From: Pseudonocardiales bacterium
GTDB lineage: Bacteria; Actinomycetota; Actinomycetes; Mycobacteriales; Jatrophihabitantaceae
NCBI GenBank assembly: GCA_043746395.1
Contig: JAYTRE010000305.1
Location: 1 to 47,396, forward strand
DNA: 47,396 nt
Direction: 5' to 3'
The position numbers and the translations under genes were made by a program. The notes beneath the pieces are model-generated. The model was not told the origin of the DNA. It saw nothing but the letters and a program-made list of their open reading frames with translations, and did no database searches. Shown here in pieces: positions 12,425 through 21,763 of this stretch; within the stretch, counting starts at the first letter, position 1; the number at the start of each line of letters is the position of its first letter.

Positions 12425-13078
12425 GTGAGAGTTGTCCTCGTGGGCCCGCCGGGAGCGGGCAAGGGTACCCAGGCGGAGTTCATCGCCGAGTACTTCGACA
12501 TTCCGAAGATTTCGACGGGTGACATCTTTCGCGCCAACGTGTCGGGGGGCAGCGACCTGGGTCGGGCGGCCAAGAAGTTCATGGACGCCGGCGATCTGGT
12601 GCCCGACGAGGTGACCAACGCGATGATACGTGACCGCCTCGCCCAGCCGGACGCCGTATCGGGGTTCCTGCTTGACGGCTTCCCCCGCACTGTGGGGCAG
12701 GCGGGCGAGCTCGACCGGATCCTCGACGCCATCGGAACATCGCTGAGTGTGGTGCTCGACCTCGACGTCGACCATGACGAGGTCGTCCTGCGGCTGTCTG
12801 GTCGACGGACCTGCAAACAGTGCGGCCACGTATGGCACGTCGAATACGATCCACCGGCGGCCGAGGGTGTCTGCGACAAGTGTGGCGGGCAGCTTTACCA
12901 CCGCGACGACGACTTTCCTGACACGGTGCGGCACCGCCTGGAGGTCTACGCCTCGCAGACGTCGCCGCTGATCAAGTTCTACGACGGCCGTGGGCAACTG
13001 GTGGTCATCGACGCGCTCGGCAATGTCGAGGACGTCACCGAGCGGGCGATCGCGGCGCTGAGCCCGTTCGTCGACTAG
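12425..13078 (+). CDS. adk: Adenylate kinase (long form with Cys4 lid)
   Basis: 217 aa, [21 protein letters not shown]. The lid is CKQCGHVWH...CDKCGG. Confidence 0.97.
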   Translation: MRVVLVGPPGAGKGTQAEFIAEYFDIPKISTGDIFRANVSGGSDLGRAAKKFMDAGDLVPDEVTNAMIRDRLAQPDAVSGFLLDGFPRTVGQAGELDRILDAIGTSLSVVLDLDVDHDEVVLRLSGRRTCKQCGHVWHVEYDPPAAEGVCDKCGGQLYHRDDDFPDTVRHRLEVYASQTSPLIKFYDGRGQLVVIDALGNVEDVTERAIAALSPFVD

Positions 13079-13087
13079 GACGAGCAG

Positions 13088-13915
13088 ATGCGTGGAGCTC
13101 CCGAGCGGATTCAGCTCAAGACGCCCGAGCAGATCGGCGTGATGCGTCAGGCTGGGGTGGTCGTCGCCAGCGCCTTGGCTGCGATGCGGGACGCAGCCGC
13201 GCCGGGGGTGTCCACCGGTGACCTCGACGCCGTGGCTCGCGAGGTGCTGCGCGACGCCGGGGCCACCCCGTCGTTCCTGGGCTACCACGGGTATCCGGCC
13301 GTCATCTGCGCGTCGGTCAACGACCGGATCGTGCACGGCATCCCCTCCGCCCAGGAGCGTCTCGCCGAAGGCGATCTCGTCTCGATCGACTTTGGCGCGA
13401 TCGTGGACGGCTGGCACGGTGACTCGGCGATCACTGTGGCGATCGGCGAGGTGTCCGCGGAGGCAGCGGCGCTCTCGGCGGCATGCGAAGCCGCGATGTG
13501 GGACGGGTTGGCCGCGGTCCGTTCAGGTGCCCGGCTGAGCGACGTCTCGCACGCGATCGAGACGTCGGTGCGCTCGGCCGGCGGCTATGGCATCGTGACT
13601 GGCTACGGCGGGCACGGCATCGGTACCGAGATGCACATGGCACCGCACATCCTCAACCACGGACGGGCCGGCAAGGGCCCCCGGCTCCTGCCGGGCATGG
13701 CGCTCGCGATCGAGCCGATGATCACCCTCGGCTCGCGGGCCACCCAGGAACTCGAGGATGGCTGGACGGTCACGACCGTTGACGGGTCCTGGGCCGCGCA
13801 CTGGGAACACACCGTCGCGATTCTCGACGACGGCATCTGGGTGCTCACCGCCGAAGACGGCGGCCGTGCCGAACTGGACAAGCGCGCCGCGCCGCTGTCC
13901 GCGCTGGCGGCCTGA
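13088..13915 (+). CDS. map: Type I methionine aminopeptidase
   Basis: 275 aa, [16 protein letters not shown]...[22 protein letters not shown]...[16 protein letters not shown]...EHTVAI. Confidence 0.96.
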   Translation: MRGAPERIQLKTPEQIGVMRQAGVVVASALAAMRDAAAPGVSTGDLDAVAREVLRDAGATPSFLGYHGYPAVICASVNDRIVHGIPSAQERLAEGDLVSIDFGAIVDGWHGDSAITVAIGEVSAEAAALSAACEAAMWDGLAAVRSGARLSDVSHAIETSVRSAGGYGIVTGYGGHGIGTEMHMAPHILNHGRAGKGPRLLPGMALAIEPMITLGSRATQELEDGWTVTTVDGSWAAHWEHTVAILDDGIWVLTAEDGGRAELDKRAAPLSALAA

Positions 13916-13925
13916 GGCAGTCGTT

Positions 13926-13955
13926 TTGGTGTAGCGGTCAGCGCGTGGGTAAACT
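13926..13955 (+). promoter_or_regulatory. Candidate sigma-70-type promoter for infA-rpmJ (TTGGTG-18 nt-TAAACT)
   Basis: Hexamers read by eye in the 155-nt map-infA spacer. Weak evidence only. Confidence 0.2.
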
Positions 13956-14070
13956 AGACCGCTGGTGCCTGCTGCCGTTCTCCCATGTCCGCTGTGGCCG
14001 TGGATCGGAGATCTGGATCCTCTAGGCGGCGCCACGTTTTGTGTCGTAGCAGCAACGAAATGCGGAGGAT

Positions 14071-14292
14071 ATGGCCAAAAAGGACGGGGCCATCGAGGTC
14101 GAAGGCAGGGTCGTCGAGCCGCTGCCCAATGCGATGTTCCGGGTGGAACTGAGCAACGGGCACAAGGTGCTCGCCCACATCAGCGGCAAGATGCGCCAGC
14201 ACTACATCCGCATCCTCCCCGAGGATCGCGTTGTGGTGGAGCTCTCGCCCTACGACCTCACCCGCGGGCGCATCGTCTACCGCTACAAGTAA
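14071..14292 (+). CDS. infA: Translation initiation factor IF-1
   Basis: 73 aa, [73 protein letters not shown]. Confidence 0.98.
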   Translation: MAKKDGAIEVEGRVVEPLPNAMFRVELSNGHKVLAHISGKMRQHYIRILPEDRVVVELSPYDLTRGRIVYRYK

Positions 14293-14347
14293 TGCGCTGC
14301 TGCCACCTCACTGTCTCCGAATACAGCTACCTAGAAGGGCATGGGCC

Positions 14348-14461
14348 GTGAAGGTCAAGCCGAGCGTCAAGGCGATCTGCGACAAGTGCAAGGTCATCCG
14401 TCGCCACGGTCGCGTCATGGTGATCTGCGAGAACTTGCGTCACAAGCAGCGCCAGGGCTAA
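14348..14461 (+). CDS. rpmJ: 50S ribosomal protein L36 (zinc-ribbon form)
   Basis: GTG at 14348 gives 37 aa, [37 protein letters not shown]. Confidence 0.95.
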   Translation: MKVKPSVKAICDKCKVIRRHGRVMVICENLRHKQRQG

Positions 14462-14604
14462 CAGCGCACCACACCAGCGCACGCCACCCGCCGGAGCAGT
14501 TCCTGCGGTTCACCTCCGGACGAAGGCCGGAGCTCCGCCCAAGGTGGGTGGGGAACGGGTGCGCACAACACCTTCGACGAACAGAAGCCAGGAGAAGCGC
14601 CCGT

Positions 14605-14985
14605 ATGGCACGTCTTGCCGGCGTCGACCTCCCCCGCGAAAAGCGGATGGAGATCGCGCTCACCTACATCTACGGCCTAGGCCGTACCCGAGCCAAGGAA
14701 ACGCTTGTTGCGACCGGCATTAGTCCGGACCTGCGCGCGCGCGACCTCAGCGACGAAGACATCGTGGCGCTGCGCGACTACATCGACGCGCATTTCAAGG
14801 TCGAAGGCGACCTGCGCCGCGAAGTGGCCGCCGACATCCGCCGCAAGATCGAGATCGGCTGTTACGAGGGCATCCGGCACCGCCGGGGGCTGCCCGTGCA
14901 CGGGCAGCGCACCAAGACCAACGCGCGCACTCGCAAGGGTCCGAAGAAGACCATTGCGGGCAAGAAGAAGGCAGGTAAGAAGTGA
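14605..14985 (+). CDS. rpsM: 30S ribosomal protein S13
   Basis: ATG at 14605, 126 aa, [32 protein letters not shown]. Confidence 0.97.
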   Translation: MARLAGVDLPREKRMEIALTYIYGLGRTRAKETLVATGISPDLRARDLSDEDIVALRDYIDAHFKVEGDLRREVAADIRRKIEIGCYEGIRHRRGLPVHGQRTKTNARTRKGPKKTIAGKKKAGKK

Positions 14986-15069
14986 GTGAGCACCGCAGCA
15001 CCGTAGCTGCGCGGAGCGGCGCGAACGTTGCCGGAAGCGCTCGCGCGACGAGCCAGGGGGGCAACTAGC

Positions 15070-15474
15070 ATGCCGGGTCAGGCTCGCAAGGCCGGCGCCA
15101 AGAAGGTACGGCGCAAGGAGAAGAAGAACGTCGCCTTCGGGCAGGCGCACATCAAGAGCACCTTCAACAACACGATCGTGTCGATCACCGACCCGCAGGG
15201 CAACGTGATCAGCTGGGCATCGGCCGGGCACGTCGGCTTCAAGGGCTCGCGCAAGTCCACGCCCTTCGCGGCCCAGATGGCTGCCGAGAGCGCTGCTCGC
15301 AAGGCCCAGGAACACGGCCTGAAAAAGGTCGACGTGTTCGTGAAAGGCCCGGGCTCGGGACGCGAGACCGCGATCCGCTCGCTGCAGGCCACTGGCCTTG
15401 AGGTCGGCACGATTTCTGACGTGACTCCCCAGCCGCACAACGGCTGCCGTCCGCCCAAGCGCCGGAGGGTTTGA
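15070..15474 (+). CDS. rpsK: 30S ribosomal protein S11
   Basis: ATG at 15070, 134 aa, [43 protein letters not shown]. Confidence 0.97.
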   Translation: MPGQARKAGAKKVRRKEKKNVAFGQAHIKSTFNNTIVSITDPQGNVISWASAGHVGFKGSRKSTPFAAQMAAESAARKAQEHGLKKVDVFVKGPGSGRETAIRSLQATGLEVGTISDVTPQPHNGCRPPKRRRV

Positions 15475-15479
15475 CAGAC

Positions 15480-16088
15480 ATGGCTCGTTACACCGGACCC
15501 GCGACGCGCATCTCGCGTCGCCTCAACGTCGACCTGGTCGGTGGCGACAGCTCGTTCGAGCGGCGCCCCTACCCGCCCGGCCAGCACGGTCGCTCGCGCA
15601 TCAAGCAGAGCGAGTACCTCCTGCAGCTGCAGGAGAAGCAGAAGGCCAAATACAGCTACGGCGTGCTCGAAAAGCAGTTCCGCCGCTACTACGAGGAAGC
15701 GGTGCGCCGTCACGGCAAGACCGGCGACAACCTGCTGCAGATCCTCGAATCACGCCTGGACAACGTGGTGTATCGGGCGGGCCTGGCCCGCACTCGGCGC
15801 CAGTCGCGGCAACTGGTGAGCCACGGGCATTTCGTGGTCAACGGCCAGAAGGTCGACGTCCCGAGCTTCCGGGTCAGCCAGCACGACATCATCGACGTGC
15901 GGCAAAAGTCCGTGGAGACAACGCCCTTCCTCATCGCCCGCGAGACGCTGGGTGATCGCCCGGTGCCGGCGTGGCTGCAGGTTGTCCCGTCGCGGCTGCG
16001 GGTGCTCGTGCACCAGCTGCCGGAGCGGGCGCAGATCGACATCCCCGTCCAGGAGCAGCTGATCGTCGAGCTGTACTCGAAGAACTAG
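15480..16088 (+). CDS. rpsD: 30S ribosomal protein S4
   Basis: ATG at 15480, 202 aa, MARYTGPATRISRRLNVDL...EYLLQLQEKQKAKYSYGVLEKQFRRYY. Confidence 0.97.
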   Translation: MARYTGPATRISRRLNVDLVGGDSSFERRPYPPGQHGRSRIKQSEYLLQLQEKQKAKYSYGVLEKQFRRYYEEAVRRHGKTGDNLLQILESRLDNVVYRAGLARTRRQSRQLVSHGHFVVNGQKVDVPSFRVSQHDIIDVRQKSVETTPFLIARETLGDRPVPAWLQVVPSRLRVLVHQLPERAQIDIPVQEQLIVELYSKN

Positions 16089-16148
16089 TTCCACCCATGT
16101 CAGCGGACGTCAAATAGCGGGCGTCCACGACCCACAAGGAGCACCACT

Positions 16149-17174
16149 GTGCTGATCTCTCAGCGCCCCTCGCTCAGCGAGGAGCCCATCGCCGACAACC
16201 GGTCGCGGTTCATCATCGAGCCGCTCGAACCCGGCTTCGGCTACACCCTCGGCAACTCGCTGCGGCGCACCTTGCTGTCGTCCATCCCGGGCGCGGCGGT
16301 CACGAGCATCCGCATCGACGGCGTGCTGCACGAGTTCACGACCGTCGAAGGCGTCAAGGAAGACGTCACCGACATCATCCTCAACCTCAAAGAGCTCGTC
16401 GTCAGCTCCGAGAGCGACGAGCCGGTGGTCATGTATCTGCGCAAGCAGGGTCCCGGCGAGGTCACCGCGGCAGACATCGCGCCGCCCACCGGCGTGGTCG
16501 TGCACAACCCCGACCTCAAGATCGCCACGATCAACAAGAAGGGCCGGCTCGAGATCGAGCTGGTCGTCGAGCGGGGCCGCGGGTACGTCACCGCGGTCCA
16601 GAACAAGCAGCCCGGCCAGGAGATCGGCCGCATCCCGGTCGACTCGATCTACTCCCCGGTGCTCAAGGTGACCTACGCGGTCGAGGCGACTCGGGTCGAG
16701 CAGCGCACCGACTTCGACCGCCTCGTGGTGGACATCGAGACCAAGCACTCGCTCACCCCGCGTGATGCGGTGGCCAGCGCGGGCCACACCCTGGTCGAAC
16801 TGTTCGGCCTGTTCCGCGAGCTCAACGAGGAGTCGGAGGGCATCGACGTTGGCCCGTCGGCGGCCGAGGTCGCTGACATTGCCGCGTTCTCGATGCCTGT
16901 CGAGGACCTCGACCTCACGGTGCGGTCCTACAACTGCCTCAAGCGCGAGGGCATCCACACTGTGGGCGAGCTCGTCGGCCGAAGCGAGGCCGACCTGCTG
17001 GACATCCGCAATTTCGGCTCCAAGTCGATCGACGAGGTGAAGATCAAGCTCGCCGGTCTGGGCCTCGCGCTCAAGGACAGCCCGCCCGGATTCGAGTTGC
17101 CCGCCGGCGTCGAGTCTTACGGCGACGACGATTTCGACGGTGACACGGACTTCGCCGAAACCGAGCAACTGTAA
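16149..17174 (+). CDS. rpoA: DNA-directed RNA polymerase subunit alpha
   Basis: GTG start, 341 aa, [43 protein letters not shown]...[23 protein letters not shown]. Confidence 0.98.
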   Translation: MLISQRPSLSEEPIADNRSRFIIEPLEPGFGYTLGNSLRRTLLSSIPGAAVTSIRIDGVLHEFTTVEGVKEDVTDIILNLKELVVSSESDEPVVMYLRKQGPGEVTAADIAPPTGVVVHNPDLKIATINKKGRLEIELVVERGRGYVTAVQNKQPGQEIGRIPVDSIYSPVLKVTYAVEATRVEQRTDFDRLVVDIETKHSLTPRDAVASAGHTLVELFGLFRELNEESEGIDVGPSAAEVADIAAFSMPVEDLDLTVRSYNCLKREGIHTVGELVGRSEADLLDIRNFGSKSIDEVKIKLAGLGLALKDSPPGFELPAGVESYGDDDFDGDTDFAETEQL

Positions 17175-17177
17175 GCC

Positions 17178-17210
17178 CGGGCCGCAGGTCATTCGGTGAC
17201 CTGCGGCCCG
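17178..17210 (+). terminator. Strong hairpin between rpoA and rplQ (13-14 bp perfect stem, 5-nt loop)
   Basis: (C)GGGCCGCAGGTCA-TTCGG-TGACCTGCGGCCC(G), read directly. It starts 4 nt after the rpoA stop and has no U-tract. Confidence 0.4.
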
Positions 17211-17261
17211 ACCCGCACGCACCGACCCCACCCGGCCGTTCGCGGCCATGAGGAGCACGAC

Positions 17262-17777
17262 ATGCCTACGCCCACCAAGGGCCCGCGCCTCGGCGGCGGA
17301 CCCGCGCACGAGCGGCTGATGCTCGCGAACCTCGCGACCGCGCTGTTCGAGCACGACCGGATCACGACCACCGAGGCGAAGGCAAAGCGGCTGCGTCCGC
17401 TGGCCGAGCGGCTCATCACCTTCGCCAAGCGGGGAGACCTGCACGCCCGCCGCCAGGCGATGACGGTGATCCGCGACAAGGATGTCGTGCACAAGCTCTT
17501 CGCCGAGATCGGCCCCAAGTTCGCCGAGCGCGCGGGCGGTTACACCCGCATCGTCAAGGTGAACCCCCGCAAGGGCGACAATGCGCCGATGGCTGTGATC
17601 GAGCTCGTCGAGGCGCTGACTAAGGCCCAGGCTGTCGTCAAGGAGGGCGAGCAGGCCCGGGCGACGAAGGTCGCCGCGACGAAGGCCCCGACCGGTCGCA
17701 CCAAGGAGATCGCCGAGGACGCCAAAGCGGACTCGCCGACCGCGGCCGCCGTCGCAACTGCCGAAGAGGACGAGTAA
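17262..17777 (+). CDS. rplQ: 50S ribosomal protein L17 (Ala/Lys/Glu-rich C-terminal tail)
   Basis: ATG at 17262 preceded by GAGGAG. 171 aa, [46 protein letters not shown]. Confidence 0.96.
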   Translation: MPTPTKGPRLGGGPAHERLMLANLATALFEHDRITTTEAKAKRLRPLAERLITFAKRGDLHARRQAMTVIRDKDVVHKLFAEIGPKFAERAGGYTRIVKVNPRKGDNAPMAVIELVEALTKAQAVVKEGEQARATKVAATKAPTGRTKEIAEDAKADSPTAAAVATAEEDE

Positions 17778-17783
17778 CCCCGT

Positions 17784-17873
17784 TCGAGTGACGAATCTCG
17801 CCATCGAGTGACGGATCGCGCGGATGAGTGACGTACTTTTTGCCGTCTCTGATCAGGGAGATACGTCACTCGA
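17784..17873. repeat. Phased array of the 10-mer TCGAGTGACG (3 direct copies, 1 degenerate and 1 perfect inverted copy) on a 20-nt grid
   Basis: TCGAGTGACG at 17784 and 17804. atGAGTGACG at 17824. CGTCtCTgat (6/10 match to the inverted motif) at 17844. CGTCACTCGA (exact reverse complement) at 17864. Copies 3 and 5 form a 10-bp inverted repeat GAGTGACGTA/TACGTCACTC. Confidence 0.85.
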
Positions 17874-18693
17874 GGGTGATAAGGCGGATTCGTGGGTGCG
17901 GGTCCGCCTCGACATTTCCTACGACGGGACCGATTTTTCCGGCTGGGCTGCTCAGCCGAACCGGCGCACCGTCCAAGGCGTCCTGGAGCAGTCGCTCGCG
18001 ACCGTGCTGCGGCTGCCGTCGGCCCGGCTGGCGGTAGCGGGCCGCACCGATGCTGGCGTTCATGCCACCGGTCAGGTCGGGCACCTCGACCTCCCGGCTG
18101 CGGCGTGGGAGCAGGCGCGCGAGCGGTTGGTCCGGCAGCTCGCCGGCGTCCTTCCGGCGGATGTGCGGGTGCGTGCCGTGACTGCTGTGCCGGCGGCGTT
18201 CGACGCCCGCTTCTCGGCCTTGTGGCGTCGCTATGTGTACCGGATCTCGACTGCGCCAGCCGGACCCGAACCGTTGCAACGGCACGAGGTGCTTTCCTGG
18301 CGGCGCCCGCTCGACGTCGATGCGATGGCCAGCGCGGCTCGGTCGCTGCTTGGGCTGAACGACTTCGTGGCGTTCTGCCGGAGGCGCGCAGGCGGCACGA
18401 CCGTCCGCAGCCTCGAGGCGTTCGTCATCGAGCGGCGCGGCAGCGAGATCGTCTGCGACATCCGGGCCGACGCGTTCTGCCACTCGATGGTGCGTTCGCT
18501 GGTGGGAGCGCTGCTCGCGGTGGGCGACGGCCGTCAGCCGGTGGAATGGCCGGCCAACCTGCTTCGGCGGACCGCGCGGGCCGACGACGTCACGGTAGCG
18601 CCGGCGCGCGGCCTGACCCTCGTCGAAGTGCGATACCCGCCCGACGCGGCACTCGCCGCCCGGGCCGCCCGGACCCGCGCCCTGCGAGCCTGA
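17824..18693 (+). CDS. truA: tRNA pseudouridine(38-40) synthase TruA (start uncertain: ATG 17824 or in-frame GTG 17896)
   Basis: VRVRLDISYDGTDFSGWAAQPNRRTVQG...AGRTDAGVHATGQV...FCHSMVRSLVG. The conserved core begins at the GTG at 17896. Confidence 0.93.
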   Translation: MSDVLFAVSDQGDTSLEGDKADSWVRVRLDISYDGTDFSGWAAQPNRRTVQGVLEQSLATVLRLPSARLAVAGRTDAGVHATGQVGHLDLPAAAWEQARERLVRQLAGVLPADVRVRAVTAVPAAFDARFSALWRRYVYRISTAPAGPEPLQRHEVLSWRRPLDVDAMASAARSLLGLNDFVAFCRRRAGGTTVRSLEAFVIERRGSEIVCDIRADAFCHSMVRSLVGALLAVGDGRQPVEWPANLLRRTARADDVTVAPARGLTLVEVRYPPDAALAARAARTRALRA

Positions 18694-18702
18694 TGCCGGC
18701 GC

Positions 18703-19488
18703 TCAGCCGAGGACGGCCGCGATCAGGCGATAGCAGCGCTGGGTCATCTGCGCGGCCGATTCGTTCGGATGCTCCAGCCACCACGTGACCAGCGAGTCGA
18801 CGAGTCCCATCCAGACGGCTGTCAGTGCGGATGCGTCGAGGCGGCTGCGCTGGCCGCGAGAGCGCAGGAAACGCTCGGACCCGCTTGCGGCGAGGGCTGC
18901 GGTACGGGCCTGGTAGTGCTCGGCCGCCTCGGCGATCTCGCCGCTCGTGGGCTTACTCGTGTCGTAGAGCAGCTGCCACGCCGACCGTTGCGGTTCGAGG
19001 GCCTCAAAGATCGCCTGCAGGGTGTGCACGCGGGAGGCAACGCTGTCGTCCTCCTGGAGTTGGGCGAGGTTGAGTCGCTCGAGCAGCGAGCCCGCGACGC
19101 GGTGCAGGCAGGCGAGGTACAGCCCGTCCTTCGAGCCGAAGTACTGGTAGATCAGCGGTTTGGAGATACCCGCGCGGGCGGCGATGTCCTGCTGGAGCTG
19201 CTGTCGCTCCGCCTGGTCGACGACGGCGAGACCTTCGCCGGTTACGACGGTCGCGACAGCAGGACAAACCTGCTCATGGGCCTCGGCTCGCTGATCGTGA
19301 ACGGCGCGGCCCGGGTCGGGGCGCTCATCGGCTACGCAGCCCTGTACGCGCTGTCGCCGCTGCGGCTGGACGCGTGCCGCTGGTACACGTGGGTGATCGC
19401 GCTGCTCGTCGTGGATCTCATCTGGTACCTCTACCACCGCGCGTCGCACCGGGTGCGGCTGATGTGGGCCGCGCATCAGGCTCACCAC
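18703..19488 (-). CDS. TetR/AcrR-family regulator, N-terminus eroded or start unresolved (possible pseudogene)
   Basis: HTH helix 2-3 is clear (DIAARAGISKPLIYQYFGSKDGLY) with a C-terminal ligand domain. The homologous part ends near 19230. I found no ATG/GTG/TTG there (the Val codons checked are GTC/GTT/GTA). The only start is 19488, which overlaps the opposing gene. Confidence 0.55.
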   Translation of the reverse strand: MVSLMRGPHQPHPVRRAVVEVPDEIHDEQRDHPRVPAARVQPQRRQRVQGCVADERPDPGRAVHDQRAEAHEQVCPAVATVVTGEGLAVVDQAERQQLQQDIAARAGISKPLIYQYFGSKDGLYLACLHRVAGSLLERLNLAQLQEDDSVASRVHTLQAIFEALEPQRSAWQLLYDTSKPTSGEIAEAAEHYQARTAALAASGSERFLRSRGQRSRLDASALTAVWMGLVDSLVTWWLEHPNESAAQMTQRCYRLIAAVLG

Positions 19489-20001
19489 AACAGCGTGCGC
19501 TTCAACCTCTCGACTGCAGTACGGCAGAAGTGGAACCCATGGTTCGAGCTATTGTTTTGGATTCCCCTGCCGCTGCTGGGCATTCCGCCATGGATGATCT
19601 TCACTTCGTTCTCCATCAACTTGATCTTCCAGTTCTTCGTGCACACCGAGCGCGTCGGCACGCTTGCGGCCCCGATCGAGCTGGTTTTCAACACTCCCTC
19701 GCACCACCGGGTGCACCATGCCAGCGACCGCGACTACCTGGACAAGAACTATGCGGGCATCCTCATCATCTGGGACCGGCTGTTTGGTACCTATGCGCAG
19801 GAGACCCACCGGCCCATCTACGGGTTGACGAAGAACATCGACAGCTACCACCCGTTTCGGCTGCAGTATCACGAGTACGGCGCGCTGATCGGTGATCTGC
19901 GCGGGGCGCACAGCTGGCGCGCTCGGCTGGGCTACCTGTTCGGGCCGCCCGGCTGGACCCCGCAGCCGGCCGAGCGGGCGCGTGTCGCCTTCGAGGTTTA
20001 G
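19276..20001 (+). CDS. Fatty acid hydroxylase / sterol desaturase superfamily membrane protein (N-terminus possibly shortened)
   Basis: Three His boxes: HRASH, HQAHH, HHRVHH. ATG at 19276 gives 241 aa. The longer ORF from 18769 is antisense to the TetR gene. Confidence 0.75.
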   Translation: MGLGSLIVNGAARVGALIGYAALYALSPLRLDACRWYTWVIALLVVDLIWYLYHRASHRVRLMWAAHQAHHNSVRFNLSTAVRQKWNPWFELLFWIPLPLLGIPPWMIFTSFSINLIFQFFVHTERVGTLAAPIELVFNTPSHHRVHHASDRDYLDKNYAGILIIWDRLFGTYAQETHRPIYGLTKNIDSYHPFRLQYHEYGALIGDLRGAHSWRARLGYLFGPPGWTPQPAERARVAFEV

Positions 20002-21125
20002 GGGTACTTGCGGGGGCGGGCGCCGGTGGCCTGCCGGTTGGTCGGCCGGTCGGGTGCCATTGGCGCGGAGGGCCAGCGCCGGGAACCGCTCCACATCGCC
20101 GGCGGGGCGTCCACGGCGTAGGCCAAGGCATACGCGACCGACTCGTAGTTGACCCGCCAGCCGCGAAAGTGCGGCCACGCCTCCTCGGCGCTGACCTCCG
20201 CTGGATAGCCCAGTTCGACGAGCATCGCGACGGCCGCCGCGAACTCCTCGTAGGTCAGCGCCAGCGGCTGGTCGGGATCGGGATCCTCCTGCACCGGCAG
20301 GCCCATCGCGACGCCGATCTGCCGCAGCGCGACGAAACCCATCCGCAGGCAGAGCCTGGCGCGCAGCCGCGGTTCGTGCGTGGGGGCCAACGCCAGGTGC
20401 AGCGCCGCCGCGTCCATGATGGCCAGTAGCGACGTCAGCCAATGCGACAGATGTCGCGGCGAACGCAGGCGGACCAGCGCGAGGTAGGTGGTGTGGGATT
20501 CGGCGACTTCGGCCGCCCAGCGCTCCCAGGTGTCGAAGAGTTCCACGAGAGCCGGGGTGGCGTCGGTGTCACCAATGCCGAAACGGGTCCGGCCCAGGAG
20601 CTCAGGCCCCCAAGCGGGTAACCCCGCCCGGGACATGAGCAGGGACACCTCGGTCTCGCGGCGGTTGAACGCGGCATAGAGCGTGGGCAGGTACCCGATC
20701 TGCAGGGCAACCACGATCAGACCTGTAAAGGCAGCGAGGTAGTCCACGGTCGTGCTCGACGTCCCGGCGGGAGCGGCGTAGCCGAGGGTGAACAGCGACG
20801 AGCCGGCTTCGCTGAACGCGCGAGCCACCTGCCCCGGGATGAACGGCAGCAGCACCAGGCTGTAACCAATGAAGAACAGGATCATCCAGACGACGAGGCG
20901 CACCAGCAGAGCAATCGGTGCTTGCCAGGCCAGGATCGCGTCACGCCGGGTGAAGCTCCCGACGCCCTTGGTGATCAGCCGGAACGCCACGTCAACGCTG
21001 CCATCGGCGACCTTAGAGATCGGCGAGCGGATCGCGCGCGGAACGACGAGCGTGCCGATGACGCTCGTCCACGTCCACAGCAACACGGCCACACCAGCGC
21101 CGAAGGCGAGCCACCGCAGCGTCAT
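19998..21125 (-). CDS. Integral membrane protein, potassium-channel-like pore motif (degenerate TLGYA)
   Basis: 375 aa. N-terminal TM helices with AFSEAGSSLFTLGYAAP between two hydrophobic segments, and a long soluble C-terminal domain. Function unknown. Confidence 0.6.
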   Translation of the reverse strand: MTLRWLAFGAGVAVLLWTWTSVIGTLVVPRAIRSPISKVADGSVDVAFRLITKGVGSFTRRDAILAWQAPIALLVRLVVWMILFFIGYSLVLLPFIPGQVARAFSEAGSSLFTLGYAAPAGTSSTTVDYLAAFTGLIVVALQIGYLPTLYAAFNRRETEVSLLMSRAGLPAWGPELLGRTRFGIGDTDATPALVELFDTWERWAAEVAESHTTYLALVRLRSPRHLSHWLTSLLAIMDAAALHLALAPTHEPRLRARLCLRMGFVALRQIGVAMGLPVQEDPDPDQPLALTYEEFAAAVAMLVELGYPAEVSAEEAWPHFRGWRVNYESVAYALAYAVDAPPAMWSGSRRWPSAPMAPDRPTNRQATGARPRKYP

Positions 21126-21137
21126 CGCGGCGCCGGC

Positions 21138-21728
21138 TCAGCCGATGAACGCGAGGTTGTCGCGCCCGCACCAGTCGAGCACCGCGGGCCACGGACCGTA
21201 GCCGCTGGCTTCGTTGAGGTGCCCGCCGCCCGCGATGATCGTGGTGGGCATCTTGAGGGGGCGCCCGTATGCGGCGGAAATGCCTTCGGGGCAGTACGGG
21301 TCGGCGTCGCCGCCGACGAGCACCGTGCCGTCAGCGGAGTGCCGCACGGTGTCGATGTCCATGGGTGTAGGCAGGAACTGTGCGATCTCGGCCAGCTCCA
21401 GCCGCGGGGACGGCGGCGCGACGAGCGCCACGCGCGCGGCTCGTGGGGACGCGGTCGTTGACGCGACGTGGTGCAACCACAGCAGCGCACCCAGGGAGTG
21501 CGCGAGCACGTCGTAGCCATCGTCGGGCAGGCCGTCGAGGCTCGTGCGCAGCGCAGCGAGCCAGCCGGCGAGGTCGGGACGATCCACGTCGGGCAGCGCA
21601 GGCACCCGCACCTCGCGGCCCGCCTCGCGCAACTGCACCGCGAGCCAGCTCTGCCAGTGCTCGGGCCCGGAGCCCTGCCAGCCCGGGACGACAACCGTCG
21701 GGGCGGTACGGGTGGGGCGGCGCGGCAT
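21138..21728 (-). CDS. YdeN/RBBP9-type alpha/beta serine hydrolase
   Basis: 196 aa, VVVPGWQGSGPEHWQSW..., nucleophile elbow AHSLGA, C-terminal GGGHLN. Confidence 0.75.
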   Translation of the reverse strand: MPRRPTRTAPTVVVPGWQGSGPEHWQSWLAVQLREAGREVRVPALPDVDRPDLAGWLAALRTSLDGLPDDGYDVLAHSLGALLWLHHVASTTASPRAARVALVAPPSPRLELAEIAQFLPTPMDIDTVRHSADGTVLVGGDADPYCPEGISAAYGRPLKMPTTIIAGGGHLNEASGYGPWPAVLDWCGRDNLAFIG

Positions 21729-21763
21729 GCCAGCAGCCTAGGGTGTCCTCCCGGTCACAGGTA

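Noticed and set aside
9080-13417. Several 350-aa-class minus-strand ORFs (9080..10138, 11334..12392, 12374..13417) opposite rplR/rpsE, secY and adk/map
   Set aside because: All are antisense to conserved genes with no recognisable motifs, so I treat them as high-GC shadow ORFs.
16110-17804. 564-aa minus-strand ORF antisense to rpoA and rplQ
   Set aside because: Same reasoning: shadow ORF opposite unmistakable conserved genes, low-complexity Arg/Gly/Leu composition.
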